A DNA stretch of 64,000 bases from Schmidtea polychroa (GCA_044892525.1 CM097885.1:236718001-236782000); one strand, 5' to 3'; shown: positions 27,688-43,625, numbered from the stretch's first letter. Program-made: numbers and translations. The notes: generated by a model from the sequence alone, not told the origin.

Positions 27688-29860
27688 GACTAATGAAAAA
27701 ATAAATAAAAAAACATGAAGCATATAAATCCATTTGGCTGATAAAACTTTAAATCTTCATTCAAACAAGATTAAAGTATTTATTACCGACAGTTAAGTTT
27801 GCGACTGTATTATGTTTACAATGGTTGTTTTGTAATGTAAATAATATTTGTAAGTCGTTGTTTAAAAAATTACTCAAGATTATTTGCAGAGTACTAAAAT
27901 CCTAAATATATATTTCAATATATATATATAAAATATAAAATTTTCCGGAGTTTAAATTTTTTAAATTATTTTTCTAAATATTACTTTTTTAATAAAATCA
28001 ATTATTAATTAATTAGTTATTTATTACTTAAAAAAGAAAGAATTATATTAAACAAATATAATAATAATAGGCTGTTCAATGTGAGATGTCTGTTTTGTAA
28101 TCACATTAGGTCTGAAATATTGTTGACAGCAATTAAGAACTGATTTTGTAGTTATTCTTAAATATTCTTTTCCTATCTCCGTTTCATCGGATTTTATCTT
28201 ATAAATTTTTCTGAAAATTTTATTATATGATAGGCAAACTCCTTTGAAGATTCGCCTGGTTTCTGCATTTTTCGGTAACACTTTTGTCTTAGTATTCTTT
28301 TTTATTCCTTCCAATCAACTTCAATGCGAAACAATCTTTCTATTTTACAAATCTTTACCAATGGCAAATTTTATCGATGGCGAGCTTTGCACCGTTAGAG
28401 CTTGACTCCAATCGTATATATGCAGTTATCCGCTATAATGTCTAAACATACCATATTAGTAACTATTACTTATTTATATTTTTTCTTTGGTTTCTTAAGT
28501 TTTTTTAACTCTCTATTTGGCAAAAAATGAACATAAAATGATTTAAAAATATTACGATATTTAACATTTAGAAATTATTAAATATTTGTTTTCAATTAGT
28601 CAATTCACATAATTAATCGACATATTAAAAATTAAAATTTTACCATAACTTTGATTTTTAAGCCCCTACATGATATTTTCATATCAATGTTATCTGAAAG
28701 TCAATTTTTCTCTATTGAACAGTGCTTACTTTATTCCAATTGGCCAAGCAGTTCCTTTGAAACTGCATTCATTTTTGTTACTATAATATTTGAAAAATAA
28801 ATTAATTTAAATAATGTCTTTAATTATTTCAGTTTATAATTTGATAAATCATAATCTAGAATATCAGTAACATCATCTATTGGAATATATTGATGCAAGC
28901 TAAATATTGGTGAAAACATTTAAAATTGAAAATAAACATTGACAAATGTTATTATCAAGCTTATGAAATATTAAATCACATTGAATAACGTTTTAAAAGA
29001 ATTAACAAATGCCCATATTTAAAATATATTTCATTTTTAAAATGAAAAAAATATACATAAAATAAATTTATTTAATAAAACAAGCAAATATATTAAATAA
29101 AGAAAACTGCTGGGAAAATCCGGCGCCTTTCCTGCTGTAACTGGATGCCATATGTCAATGTGTTTTATACCAAAATTTTTCCATATTTTATTTGTTCGTT
29201 TAAATTGTACACAATTTATTTATTGAATATATAAACAACTCAATTGTAATTTGTTGATGTTCTTAAAGATTTATATTTGTTATTAATTTGTTTGATTTAT
29301 TATTAATTAAATGTTGAAAGAATTGAAAGTAATATTTCATAATTTAAAACAAAGAGCTCAAACAAACAATTTATTAAAACTAGTCCACATTATCACATTG
29401 TACGATGTCTCTTAAATTTATTTCAATTCTACTTAATTCATTTGAGGAGAAATGTTATAATTATTTCCCGAAAGAGGAAACATGCTGGTGTAACATAATA
29501 GTTTTACCGCTGGGATTTTCTGTTACATGAAGAGATTAAATTTCAAACAAATATCTTTTTAATACTTTTAATGTCGTTTCCTTGTGGGGTTTTTTAATTG
29601 AAAATATAATTTGGCTCTAGTTTTTATTTCTAAATTAAGTATATATGTTTTTCTTTCCTGGAAAAAACATTTTAATTATTTAAAATTTTCTTTTATTATC
29701 CACTGATATACTCAATTTGAAAATAAAAAATATTAAATCTTCTATAAGTTTTTCCAAGAAAAATTTAAATCATGCCGATGCTTAGGATATTATCCGTCTA
29801 TATTTTATAGTTGATAATAATTCATCGGTAAATTTAATTATTGCTTTAGTAATTGTTTCA

Positions 29861-30007
<147 letters not shown>

Positions 30008-30590
30008 TATTTTAAATTACATAATATGTTAATTGAAATACCTTTATTGAAGTTTTTCTTAATTGAAAATGTTCTACCTGTCCTGTGCACTCAAATACAA
30101 AATCTAGTACCTATTTCTAACTTAATCTTTTTTTTTACTTTTGATTTTCTTGTGGTTGACTATATGCTTGGTCGATGTATTTAATTATTTAAATAAATAT
30201 TTTCGAGCCTTTTTAAAAAATTCTACTTTTACCACTTGTATGTGTGAAGTTTCACAAAAAATTAATAGTTGTTTTGATTGTAATATTATTAACTAAAATT
30301 ATTAAATTGAATAAAATTACATATGTTGTATTTTCAAATGGAATATGTTAATTAAAAAATAAAGATTTTCTGCGTGTTCAAGAAAGAATGAAAAAATGCT
30401 CTTAAATTTCTTAAATGTCACTCCTGAAAAACACTGATTTAAATGAATTAAAATATTTTTAAAATTTCTACTTTAAATAATGTTTAGTTTACTTTTATTA
30501 TAATAATAATTATTATTATAAAATCACAGTGTAATATGTTTTTACTGGATGTCTGACTTTTAATAAGGTAAAGAATCAATACCAGCTTTG

Positions 30591-30637
30591 TGATAGTAGA
30601 CTAGTTTCGAGCTTTTGGCTTTCATTAGTACTATGCA
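30591..30637 (-). ncRNA. Degenerate minimal type I hammerhead ribozyme motif (copy A)
   Basis: ATAGTA-CTAATGA-AAGC-CAAAA-GCTC-GAA-ACTAGT-C-TACTAT. Stem I is 6 bp and helix III is the palindrome ACTAGT. The core has G5A and G10.1A changes. Confidence 0.6.
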
Positions 30638-30821
30638 GGAAACTCTTCATTTCCTACTTAACTTGGTCAACTGGATAACACATAGCTTGATCACAAAAAA
30701 TTTAAATTTGTAAACATGTATGAAAATAACTTATCTACAATTTGGACCTGCACTGAGTATCACAAAGCTTGTATTGATGCTTTATTTAATAATAACTATA
30801 ATTATAAACATTGTTAAATTC

Positions 30822-30920
30822 CAGGAGTTTGACAAGGACTATCTTATAGTCGAAAAATTTTTCATTAAATACATTATTTGCAGCAAAAGGCTTAAATTAT
30901 CATTTTATTGTTTTAAATTA
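30822..30920 (+). repeat. Dispersed ~90-bp repeat, copy 2
   Basis: Near-identical to 17897-17990. Confidence 0.85.
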
Positions 30921-33182
30921 TAATAATTATTATAATAATTCAAAAAAATTGTATTATTAATATAAAGAGAATCGTTGAAATGATATTATTTCTACGGGTA
31001 AATGATAAAAAGAAAAACCTATTATTTCATAATATTTATTATTTAAACTATTAGAATATCTCCGTCAAACCTGCTTTTACATCGACTGTACAGAAGCTTT
31101 TTATTATCGTCAATCTGACTTATTGTACTTATTAATAAATTATAGACGAGGTGAAAAAAAAGTGGCCTATGAATGGTTTAGTAAAATTATACAATTATTT
31201 TAGTTGTTATTATCATTACACATTGATTGATATCCGGTATAATTTAAACCCCCATGTAAGCCACCGACATTTTATAATAAAAATTTTTATCATTGACTCC
31301 AAATTTTTATCGGTAAATGGAATTATTTATAACCCATAAATACATCAAAACAGAAATATTAAAAAGCCGATATATAATTTTCAAAAAATTTATTAAACAT
31401 AACTTTAATGAATTATTAAATTAGTATTATGCTATTTATTAAAACAAAGTTGATAATTGAAATATTTTCGTAATTTATTTTTTAAATGGATTTTTTCTTT
31501 CATTAAATAACGAGCTTAATGGTCTTTCAAATCTGCAAATACCAAAGATTTGAAACATTTAGGCTCGCTCTGACTAATGACACAAAAATGTTTTAAAAAC
31601 CTTATTTTTTGAGTAATTTGTTAAAACATTTTAATCCCTTCATAAAATGAAACAGTTTCCTTCATTTCAAACTTTAAATAGTTATGTTTTAGTGTATTAA
31701 GTGATTTAAAAAAAATTACAATTACAATATTGAATGCTAAAGTTTAAAAAGTTTTTGAGAACTTGTTAAAATTTTGAATTTTGAGTTTTAATATTGAGGA
31801 TAATATAGTTTTAAGTAAAAGAACCACACATTAAACAATTCAAATAATTTTTTAATAAATTTAGAAAGATTATTTCATAATTGAAAATTCTTAGTAAAAC
31901 CTAAAATCCGACAAGGGCTTATTTTATTATTTATTTAAGATTTAGGCTACTATCAAGAAACTATCATTATCTACTAATATATTATATTATGAAATTATTA
32001 AAAAATTCATACATTTAATCGGTGAACAATGTTTCTTCTAAAAGTGTATTTGTGTCTTCAGATTTATTTAATAAATCGCTGCAACACATTTGTATTTTAA
32101 TGATTGCTAGAAGCTATTAAATTCAAGTATTCTTCCAACATTTATTTGTTAATTGCAATTTTAAATTATCTCATTTTTTCTGAAAGTTTAAACAACTGAG
32201 GCGTGATAATTATTAATATTGATGTAACTATTAGTCATAAATATAATTAATTTAGTTTAAAATACTTTAATATAATTTAATGTAATATGATATAATTTAA
32301 TATAGATTTTAATATACAAAGTTAACACTAATAATTATTTCAACTAACTGATCACACTTATAATCAAACTGTAATATTTTTAAATAGGAGTTTTTAAAAA
32401 TAAACGATAAAATATTTTTTTATTATAAATCTTGTTAAACTACTTAACTCAACATATATAATTATCGCTGTATGTACGTCCGTAACTTTTGTTGACGTTG
32501 CCATAGTTATGAATAGCAATACGTCAGTATAACGTCGATATCCCTAAGTTATAAACCAATATTCTCATAATAACTATTATTATGAATTTTGTCAGTACAT
32601 CATAATTTTTAGCAAGCTGTCACATTGAGTTGAGAACAAATTTACTCTACAATATCCAAATAATTTAATTGATATTCTAAAAATTCGCACGGAAGAAACA
32701 TTATGCTCACACAGACTGTAAAATATTAAAAAGGGACATTGCCTGAAAATTGCATTCAAACAAATTATTAATTAAATTCAGTAAATATTGTATAATCTCT
32801 AACAAGCTTCTTCCCCAATCTTTAATAGAAATTAACTTAATCATGTAATCAACATTAAAAGCCAGTTAAAAAACACATTTAAATCCTTAAAAAATTAATT
32901 ATCTTAACTATTTAATAAAATTAACAATAAACAAGAAAAACAATTTTTAATAAGATTAAGTTAATGAAAATTAATAAAAAATAGACAATATATAATTGTT
33001 TACGTATATACTAGTTTTGTGAACACAGGAAAATTATTTTTGGGATAGATAATAAAAATAACATAATCTGAGAAACCATACAATCAACTTTCATCAAGTA
33101 AACACGCAGAAATTAATTATAATGAGTTACATGTTATTGCATAACGGTAAGTAAAATCAAATATCACATTACGATTAGATCA

Positions 33183-33271
33183 CAGGAGATTGACAAGGAC
33201 TATCTTATAGTCGAAATTTTTTTAATTAAATACATTATTCGCAGCAAAAGGCATAAATAATCACTTTATTA
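33183..33271 (+). repeat. Dispersed ~90-bp repeat, copy 3
   Basis: Near-identical to 17897-17990 and 30822-30920. Confidence 0.85.
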
Positions 33272-33866
33272 ATTACATCACACTATTAATATTGATAGTC
33301 AATGATGTTCATCAATAAAATGAAATACAATAAAATATTTTATTAATTATAGTAATTATAAAATGTAATTGGTTTAAATTAATCTTTTGGGGTCAAATAA
33401 TTGGACAGGATGAAATTTTAGCAATCTATGTTTTTATGTGAAAAATTACAATAAAATTTCTCTGATTTTATAATTATGTATGTCTAATCAAACATTATTA
33501 TACTAAATAATTTTCTAATTACTAGTTCAATATTTCACAACTTGATTTTATAAATATCCTTCAACTTGTAATCATCAGTCCTTGTACAATCTTTGGTTGA
33601 ATTTCTGAGGAAATTATGTTCAATGAAACTAAATTGGCATGAAATCTGATTTTCGACTGAAAAATCAACGTAGCAATCACAGAATAATTGAATTTTTATT
33701 TGGTCGGTAATGTAATTCGATAAATTTGTTTCTGCTGTGAAATAAGTTTTCACAAATTAAAAATAAAATAAAAATAAAAAAATTGAATGATGTTTCTATA
33801 TAAAATTTGAAAATATTTAAAATAAATATTTACTTATTAAAGAAGCTGAAATGCGGAATAGAATAT

Positions 33867-33975
<109 letters not shown>

Positions 33976-34277
33976 CATTAATATTAGTCGCGGATTTTCT
34001 GAAATGTAGTCACAAAACTTTTTAATTACTATAATTAAAACACAATATTTACCAAACAATTAGTAATCGTTTTAATTATGCTAGTTTATTAATAATAATT
34101 TAAAGACTACTTAGTTCATGTAAAGAAATTTGTAATAAAACGAATATAAAATAAAAGTAAATAAAATAACAACTTTGTGAAATTATTAATTTCTAATTCA
34201 GCAACAAGTTGTTTATTTGGGATTTTATATTGATAAATTTAAACAACTAATTTAAAATAAAAACTTTTATTCTTTAA

Positions 34278-34442
34278 CACTAGAATTACTAACATATCAA
34301 AATGACGGAATTCACATTTTATGGTTTAATATGGCATTAAAGTAATTAAAAAATATTTTTATTTTAGCTTTGAGTATATTAATTTTAATGATATGTTTAG
34401 CGTACAAAATAAATAAACCAATCCACTCTGGTAGTTCCAGTG
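34278..34442. mobile_element. Small piggyBac-type MITE
   Basis: TTAA-CACTAGAATTAC ... GTAGTTCCAGTG-TTAA, with a 10/12 TIR match and TTAA on both sides. Confidence 0.65.
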
Positions 34443-37400
34443 TTAAAATAATTTATGAATTATACATATAAACATGGCGAATAATATTTTAAGAGTAATG
34501 AGATGATTAAAAATTTATAAATAAAATAAAATATACTGTTTTTGAAAGTTTATTTAAAATTGTATTAATTAACATTTTGCTCTTATTTATTAAGAAAGCA
34601 GGGGTGAAATTTGAAAAAGAAGTTCTTATAATACTTTTGCTCTTATTTTATATTCAAAATTTTAAAACTCAACTAAATTAAAAAGTCTTATTTAATTTGT
34701 CAAGTTCTTCATTATTTTATAATTTTAAAATTGTATAAAATATAGAAGTTATTTTATAATTTAATTTTTAATTTACGTTTAGAAAAGTTTTTATTCAAGA
34801 ATTTTTTAATATTGATAAAATTTTTTTTAAATTTAATTAAATGTATGCAAATAAATTTGCTTGAATAATTTAAATTTTCCTTTTTCACTCATTTCATTCA
34901 CATTTACGAAAGACTAATCGTAAAAGAATGAATGGCATTATTTGTTTAAATCATTTTATTTACATTTAATTTGCAGTTAATATATGATTAATAAATTTTA
35001 AAATATCATAAAATTTGATAATCCATAAAAATGTAACTTAATTATGGGTTTTTAGAAAGTTTATTTAAAGTTGCAAAGAACAATTTCCAAATTTTTATTT
35101 TAAAATGTTTTCCTAAAAAGATACTTCAATGACCACTATCGAACGCAAGGACTATTTTAATCATTTGTTTGGTAACACTTTTTGTTAAAGGAATTTTGTG
35201 GTGAAGGAAAATTTATTTCTCTGTCCAAATTAGAATTCTATAATAATAGTGTTATGAGAAGTCAATAAGTGAAGTAAAAAAGGATCTTGGAAGCATAAAG
35301 AGTATAATGAGCAATAATAAGTATTAAGTCTGCCATGGAAATCAACTACTAGCGCATTCACTCGTACGATTTTTACAACGTGAATGCGTGGACGTCACAA
35401 GGCTTCATTGACACTATGACAAAATTAATTACTGTTTTTTATTAAAAAATAAATATCTACATAGACCTTATAATAACTAGATTACAAACTTCCACCACAG
35501 CGACCGGCATGACAAAAACTTTTAAATAAAGAGATTATCTAATACCACCTACCCTCGTTTCATTAAAAATCAAAAATAAATTTCAGTTTTTAGCAACCCC
35601 TAATCTTCTATGACTTTCGATAAATTGTTTGCATATCTCTTGAACAAACATCATCTTTCGCGCCGTGACTAGTCTATTTTCTTTACAATAGCCTAAAATG
35701 TATGTGAGGTGATGTATCATTTCTCTGCTTATAGCACACTCAATTTGGAAATAGTGTATAATTTCATTAATTTTTTCATTTATTTATTCTTTTGTTTTAA
35801 TTTTTACAGATACAATTTACAGTCCTAAAGTAAGATGAAGAACCCGAGTTCGATTTCCAGAAACGTCAAAGAAAACTCGAATTCAAAGATCCAGGCAAAC
35901 AACAACATAGAAAATCTTTGACAGATAAAGACATAAAAAGTGCCAGTGTCAGATGCCGGATGTTACTGCGGTGGTTAAGCAATGAAGATGTTATTAGATC
36001 CAATGGTTAGGTTACACAATTCGTCAACGAAGTTAATGAAATTATGATAAGAAAATTTTAAAGGAAAAAGACGCAGAGAGATAGGAAAATTATTTTTCCA
36101 AATTATGTAATGTAAATTTTAAAGAATTTCATATAAAAATTTGTATCAAAGTTTCGACAGCTTAAATAGCGGCATGGTTGAATTGTTTTTTGATAAACTT
36201 AACTCAATATTTCTCATTAGAACAAAGTTTTTTTTCAAAATAAAACGACAAAAAGACTAGACAACTATCAGTGTAGTAAATGACTGGAAAGTATGTAAAA
36301 TATAATGAAAATAAATGTGAGCTCTAATCACTTCCCTACGTCTTCTTTTATTTTCCCTAAAATGAGATTTTTTCTATGATTGACAAATGCATTTAACCAG
36401 TCGACGCTGAAGTAGGTAAAATTCAAAGTGAAATTAAATGTTAAAAGACTTGGAAAAATTTATAATTTTAAATTAAAAAATTTAATAAAAAAAACTTTTT
36501 AATCAAAACTTTTTTTAATAGAAATTTCAAATAGTAATAGTAAATTTACTTTTAATTATTTATTTTTAAACTTTTATTTTATTTTATTTTATTCTTTGGA
36601 TTGTGAATTTTTCAATACATAATTTATATATTATTATTAATAAAGATAAACAAAACATATTTTCTTCAAGGTTTCTCTATATTGAAAAATGAAAAAAACT
36701 TGAAAAAATATTAAAATATGGAACAAAAAATAACTAGATACGGGAATCTTTTGTATATAGAAACTGAAGATTAGCAAATGTTACATAAAGTGGTCAAATT
36801 CACACAGTGCTAGTGACACCCTTTTAAAACAGCCCTAATAAAATTTTGATTGGTTGGAAGAAAAAGTCGGACAACAAAGCAGCAAACAATGTAAACATTG
36901 ATTTGAATTGTATATTGAATTGTATTTGAAGTAAACAATTTGTCGTAGCGATTTTTTATGTTTGTGGGATTCCACAGTACCCGACATTTTATCTTCATTT
37001 TCGACTGTGCAACGTAATCAGATTAACATCAAGGGTTTGAAGATGAAGAAAGATTATTTAATGATAAATAGACAAATGAATACCTTTTTGTTGAAGCAAA
37101 TGAAAGGGCACTTTATTTAATTGGTAAATGATTTGTGTTGGTATGTGAAATATGCTGCCCAATGTACCCATATTTAAGAAATATTACAAGTTTATAAAAT
37201 AGAATTGGAATTTATATATTGAATCAATCTAGTGTAATATGCTATATGAGATATTATGTTATAAATAAGGTTTCAATATTATTGGGCCTTGATAATTGAC
37301 TATTGGGCATGAGAAGTTTGGATATTAATACCTTCATGTGATAATCAAACCCATCCATCCCAACTAAGTGGACTCAATTATGCGTTTATTATGGATCTAT

Positions 37401-37902
37401 TAAGGAAAGATTAGACAGAAATTACAACTTAACCTCCATTTTTAAATGCAAAATTCCAGTACTAACCAATTCAATAAGTCTCTGAAGTATGAAAGAAATA
37501 AAATATTTTATTTTACTGTTGTAATTTCAAAAATCGTTTGTTACTAAAACATTAAATATTAATTTTTTTAAATGAAATTAAAATTTTAAAAGTTTTTTGA
37601 AAATCGATTTATTTTTCTTTGAAAATGAAACTCTGAAAATCAATTAGCTTATTTTAAGTGACCGTTTGTGAAGTTTACCACATTTTTACACATTTTCAAT
37701 TGTTTTTCAATATGAAAATGTAATTATATTAATCAATAAGAATTGTAAAAATTTCAAGCAAAGTTATTAAATATTTTTTTTACAATTTTTAAGTATAGAA
37801 AAGAAGTAAAACAATAAAATAAATAAGTATAAGTATCAAGTCTGATTGTTGACTGAGGATGACAATCAAGTTCTTGATATAATAATAATAATAATAATAA
37901 TA

Positions 37903-37933
<31 letters not shown>

Positions 37934-39114
37934 TTAATATAAAATTTGATAAAGTTTGATTATATATCAATTAATTGCTATATTTTTTCATATTAAAAAT
38001 ATTGATAAAGTAAATATAAAATTAACATAATCAAAATTAAATAAAACACTTAACATAGATGACATTGTTATATGAAAACCCTATAAATAATGAGTTATCA
38101 AATAACAGCTATATATTTTTAGTTTAAAATAAAAGCAAAACGGTATAAGATGAAATAAATACCAATGAAATTTTTTAAATTTTAATTATTGGTACAAATA
38201 ATTTCATGTAAATGATTGTCTTCGGATTTTTGAAAAATTTGATTCTGGAAAACCAATTTTTTCGGTCACCTTTTCACATAAATAAGAACTTATATCACCA
38301 ATTACACCAAGATCATTGAGTGTTTGTGGTTAGTTGAATTCCACCTAATGATTACATTTAACCCCAGAGATAAACGTCCAATGGAGTTATATTGCATAAT
38401 CATGGTGGGCAGGTCACATGAGAATTTCTTGAGAATACATGGTCCCCGAACAATAAGTTGATTACGAAATGAGTTTATGGCATGTTGCACCATTTTGTTG
38501 AAAGCATATGTCATTTAGATCAAAATAATTTAATTAATGCAAGAAAAAATCAGTAATCATATCACTCTAGTATTTCCCACTAACAGTAACTGCACTTTTT
38601 TAAAAAATCCAGTCAGTCATTTACATGAAATTATTTTTAATAAAAATGTCATGAAACAATATTTAAAATCTTAAAAATTTCATTGTTATTTTATACCATG
38701 TTTTTATTTCAAACAAAAAATACATATACGTGATAATTCCCATATATACTGATCATACAATACAAATATTATTCATAACTATATTTACAAAAATCATTTA
38801 CATTGTTATAATTAAATTAATTTTAAATAATTTATAATTAAAAAAATTTTAATTAATTAAAATGGTGGAAGAAAAAAATTTCACAAAGTAAAACCTGTTG
38901 AAAGAAAAACTTAAAATTCAAGAGTTTTTCCAAGTGAATGATGATTAATTAATTATTTTATGTGGTAATCAACTATTTATAAGCTTTTCATTAAAGATTA
39001 AATATTTTGACCGTTTTAGGATTTTTTTAATAAGGACAAATTTACTATTCTTCTTTACAAAGAATATCTTTTTACGCTTACTGCCTTAGTGAGACTATAC
39101 TTTTAATTGGTAAA

Positions 39115-39116
<2 letters not shown>

Positions 39117-39182
<66 letters not shown>
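39117..39182. repeat. (TA)n microsatellite
   Basis: Direct reading. Confidence 0.95.
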
Positions 39183-39188
<6 letters not shown>

Positions 39189-40042
39189 AATTTAGAAATG
39201 TATTATAAATAATAAAAATAAATAATTTTATTATTAAATATGGCGCCATTTAAAAAAGAAAATCAAAATTTAGTATGTGTTGGAAGTTTATTAGTTCAGA
39301 ACCTAAGAAAATATATATTGTCAACATTTTGGACATTACCGAAAATAAAGTATTATTTTATATTGTGTTTGATAAAATTATAATTGAAATTTATTAATTT
39401 TCTATTACTTTTAGTTAATTCTGTAATTTTTTACGCATACACACAGAGCATTCATCTCACATGCATGCCAGCACTTGAGGTGCTCTAAGACAGATTTTAC
39501 CGGTGATTTGGCTGGACTCAACAAATTTTTATACTTTAAAAATTATTTTTAAAAATTATGAAATTTTAAACAATTATTTCACTTTTCATTTTTTCTTCAA
39601 AACTCTTACTAAATTATTTGTTGACTATTTTTCCATTCTCACCATGTTTATATGATTGCCATATGTCTTTAAATGCTCTTTAGATTAGGAAAAGAAATAC
39701 CCGCTCTCACTAAAACAGTAAAATAATTATAACTATGACAAAGACTAAAAGTACAATAAAAAATCAAATTATTATTTATATAAAAGGCGCCAAACAAAAT
39801 AATAGAGATTGATGAATGGAAATATGACGGAAAATTGTTTTGATGTGTAAGAGTAAATGATCGTATAATTATTCTTTACAAATGCAATGCCTGCTCTTAC
39901 TAAGAATTCATTAGAAATAACCATAAGAAAAATATATACAACTACAAAACTTAACGTTACCAATATTTGTCAGAATTATCGTTAATTTGCTTTTTCTCCA
40001 TTATCAAAAATAGATTAATAACATCAATTTAAATTTATTAAA

Positions 40043-40213
40043 AAGAGTCTGAAGACTATAAATCAGTAAATATATCGATGTTTTTGATGTTCACAAATTT
40101 TCGGCACTGTATTTTTCAAGTGAATTCAGTTAAAAAAGGCAGTATCGAAAATTCATGAACATCAAAAAAAAACATCGATTGATTTACTGATTTATAGTCT
40201 TCAAGGTCTTTTC
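40043..40213. repeat. Foldback element with ~65-bp imperfect inverted arms
   Basis: TGAAGACTATAAATCAGTAAAT..ATCGATGTTTTTGATGTTCA and TGAACATCAAAAA..ACATCGAT..ATTTACTGATTTATAGTCTTCA. The arm motif recurs near 46690, 53955 and 63430. Confidence 0.8.
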
Positions 40214-41312
40214 AATTATTTTTGGGTTTTAACCGGTGGTGTACTCAATCTTTGGAGGTGCGATATAAAATATCTAGGAATGTAAATTTTAATTTAGAAA
40301 AACCCTCTATATAATACGACATATTTATATAAAATTTGGTTTTCTTCATTTTCAATAGAAAAACAAAGGCCAGTAAAAAATACTCTGATTTAATTGTTTT
40401 AATTGAAAAACAGCACCAAAGGTTCATTAAAGATAATTTCAATAAAGTTCATTTTCTGTATTTTTAGTCATTGTATTCTGTAAAAATAAATAAATAAACG
40501 TTTCTTGTAAATCGATGGGGTAAAGGTAGCTTAAAAAGTTAAAAACCAATTTTATGGATAAAAAATTTATGTTACTATTGAAAATAAATTTGTATTCTAT
40601 AGTCGTAATGGAAATGAATGAAATGATAAAAAATAAGAAAAATATTAAAAAAAAACAATTAAAAATTAAAGATGTCTGATTATTTAGGTGTTGTTTAAAT
40701 CTTGTAGATAAAATAAATTGGTAAATTTATTATTAATCGTACAAATTTTAAATATAAAATGTAAATAAAATTTTTGTTTTCAAAGTATTATTTGTTTGAA
40801 TAGTTGATAACATAAATCGCAAATTACAGCATAAAATCAAAATAATAAAAATATATTTTGTCTAATAAAAAATTATTAACAGGATTTAATACCATTTTAG
40901 GAACCAGGAAAATGTTTAACTGGGCCTATTAATGGATCACGGCTCACATAAATGTGTCATTTGGTCCTATTGAAAAAACTGTTACTCTAAATTTGTTTTT
41001 GGTCAGTACAAAATTTTCGACATTTCCGTTTCGTGTTTGTTTTGATTATTTTAATATATTAATGGGAATCCATTTGTGTTTATTTCATGATTTCTTATCT
41101 ATATAGTTAGATGATGATTAAGTTTTCTCAGTTTAAATGAATTTAGGAAATTTTTCCCAAAAATATTTAATATTTTATTATGAAATTCTCTTTAATAAAG
41201 AAAACTTCTCATTTTATACTTGTGTTTTGTTTTTAATTGTAATTTAATATTTTATTTTTGAGAAATTAAATAATTTTAATAAAGAAATGATGAGACATTC
41301 GATGCAATTTAT

Positions 41313-41358
41313 TATGACAGACTAGTTTTAAGCTTATTTAGTTCTCATTAGTATCATA
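41313..41358 (-). ncRNA. Degenerate minimal hammerhead motif (copy B)
   Basis: TATGATA-CTAATGA-GAAC-TAAATAA-GCTT-AAA-ACTAGT-C-TGTCATA. Stem I is 7 bp with one G-U pair. Confidence 0.5.
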
Positions 41359-41455
41359 TAAGAAAACCTATTTGTGTGCACACGCTTGAACTGGAATTAA
41401 ATATCATCGCTCAGGAGAGTTTTATTTTCTGTAATAACTTGCCATTCGCCAAATT

Positions 41456-43167
41456 TTGCTAGCCTATATTTCTTCTTCTGAAGGTTACGTCAAAGAGAAG
41501 ATGTATCAACAAGCCACAAAATCTGCATCAATTAAAAGCGAATATTCGAGTGAAAAATTGTTTAATTTTAAAAAAGTATTAAGAGACGTAATGGAAAAAG
41601 CAATGAAAAGAGCATACACGTGTTTACAAAATAATGTTCTTGTTGATTATAATTTCAACTGGAATACAAAGACATTTTAAAGATATTTTAGGATTTTTAT
41701 TTTTTCTTTTTTACGAAAAGCCACACAACATTGGTAAAGAACTTATTCTACCAACTGTAAGTGAGGTAATACGCATCGTGCTGCATAAACTAGGTAACAA
41801 TCTTACAAGAAGAATTCCACTGAGTACGAAAGATTGAAGAAATGGCTCAAGACGCTGATAATTCTTTATATGAGTATTTAAAAACATCTTAATTCTCTAA
41901 ACAGCTTAACGTGTCATCTTTAACAATAAGTAAGACTTTACTTTAAGTTTATAATAGAAAAGATTTGCTAATAATTGTTATTTGTCAAATTACTGGAAAC
42001 TGACACAAAACGTGAAACATTTTTTGATTCATTAAAAATATTTTTCCATACAAAGGAAAATGGTATGGCAATGATAGGGCAGTAATAGGGTGAAAAAGAG
42101 GATTTCTGGCATCATTAAAAACGAGCTATATCGAATGTATTATTAACATTTAATCTCCAAAAACCTCAAATATTCCTGGTATTATGTATTAGAGTAGTTA
42201 AAAAATCAAAACCAATACCTTGAATAACCTATTATTTGTATGGAAAACGATGGAGCTTATAATATATATTTTAATATGGAAGTGTGTTGGCTGTATTAAG
42301 GCGAATGTTTGAATAAATCTTATGAACTCTTTGATTTAGTGTTTGAATTCCTGGAATGTAAAGGCAGTGGTTTACTACATTTAATCTCCAATAAATCAAA
42401 ACAAAGTTGGTTGCGAAACATTTTCTGTACAAATAAATCTTGAGAGAGAAGAATGCTCTCATTTTCAAAATTTCCAAAACGAGATGAAGATTTGGTTGCT
42501 TGAAAATGACACTTAACGACTCCTTATTCTAACTGCGGATAAAGATTTGAAGGTATTTTTCACCTGAGTTCCATTATCGGATATTGGACCCCATTGCAAG
42601 TAAGTCCACAAACTCAGGTCAGTCCAAACTAATACAAGAGTAACTTGTAGAATTATCAACAAATGAGGAGTTGAAATAAATTTTTCAACAAGGATACCAC
42701 AAATTTTGATTACAAAACCAGATACCAATTTTATGTCCTACATTATGAACTGCACAGAAGCTGTTGATTGTTTCCTGTCAACCCTACTCCGAAGTTAGGT
42801 GATTTGGTGCAGTTACGAGCCTCGTCAAGAAAACACCAAAGTGAATGCAAATTATTGCTTGTGGAAACTTACGAACGTTCCTTAATAATTTCATATCATC
42901 ACATGAGGTTCCCCTATCTCATTAGTAATATTGAAAAGTGGTTTTTATATTTTCAAAAAAAAAGTTATAATTTCAATAAATATTACCTTAAATATCAAAT
43001 TGTTTTATTTATATTTTATTTTTAAGTCTCCATCTCCCATTCATTATAAAATGAAATTTGTGATTTTGCTATTATTTAGTTGTGTCGAGTTATTTCATTT
43101 CGGGGTTCATGATCAGGTCTATGCTATTAGAAACAGCCCATGGGTCAAATAAGTTTAGGAATCACTG
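41456..43167 (+). mobile_element. Degenerate hAT (Buster/Charlie group) transposon relic with right TIR
   Basis: KPHNIGKELILPTVSEV..RRIPLS..RKIEEMAQD is typical of Buster/ZBED5-like transposases. Many stops. It ends in GTTTAGGAATCACTG followed by ATCTAGAC (NTCTAGAN target). The left end was not found. Confidence 0.8.
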
Positions 43168-43625
43168 ATCTAGACAAAAAGAGAAATCATTTCATGCTTT
43201 CTGTCATGATCCTAGAAGGCGTAAAATTTTGCTTGGCCAAAACAAATGAACATTTAAATAATTTTTTATTATAAACAGATTATATATTATACAGAATCAT
43301 AAATAATACTAAATAATTTTTCTACTCTTTCTTGAAACCTATAATAAAGTTGCAGGTGTAACTGCTAATGAACTTTCAGCACACAGGTAAGCACACATCG
43401 TTCGGCTAGTCGGACGAAACATAATTTTGTTATGTACAAGTTATTTTATAGATAAAGGTTAAATTATTGCAGTACATTTTATGCGATGAACTGGTCTCGA
43501 GTCGACCCGGGTCATAACATTAGTATAAATATATTTTAATTTTATAATAGCATTTGACGAGATTAAATTATAATTAAATGAAATCAGATTAAATTGAAAT
43601 ATTTGGTGACATCGAATTTTATATG

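Noticed and set aside
28048..28314. 88-aa lysine-rich minus-strand ORF
   Set aside because: Non-ATG start, no recognisable domain and no convincing splice partners.
32452..33014. Helitron-like element (ATATATAAT..TGTATGTACGTCCGT start, ACTAGT end)
   Set aside because: No subterminal GC hairpin and no second copy.
43496..43512. CTCGAGTCGACCCGGG, resembling an XhoI-SalI-SmaI polylinker
   Set aside because: Only 16 bp with no other vector sequence. More likely a GC-rich palindromic bit of a decayed transposon end.
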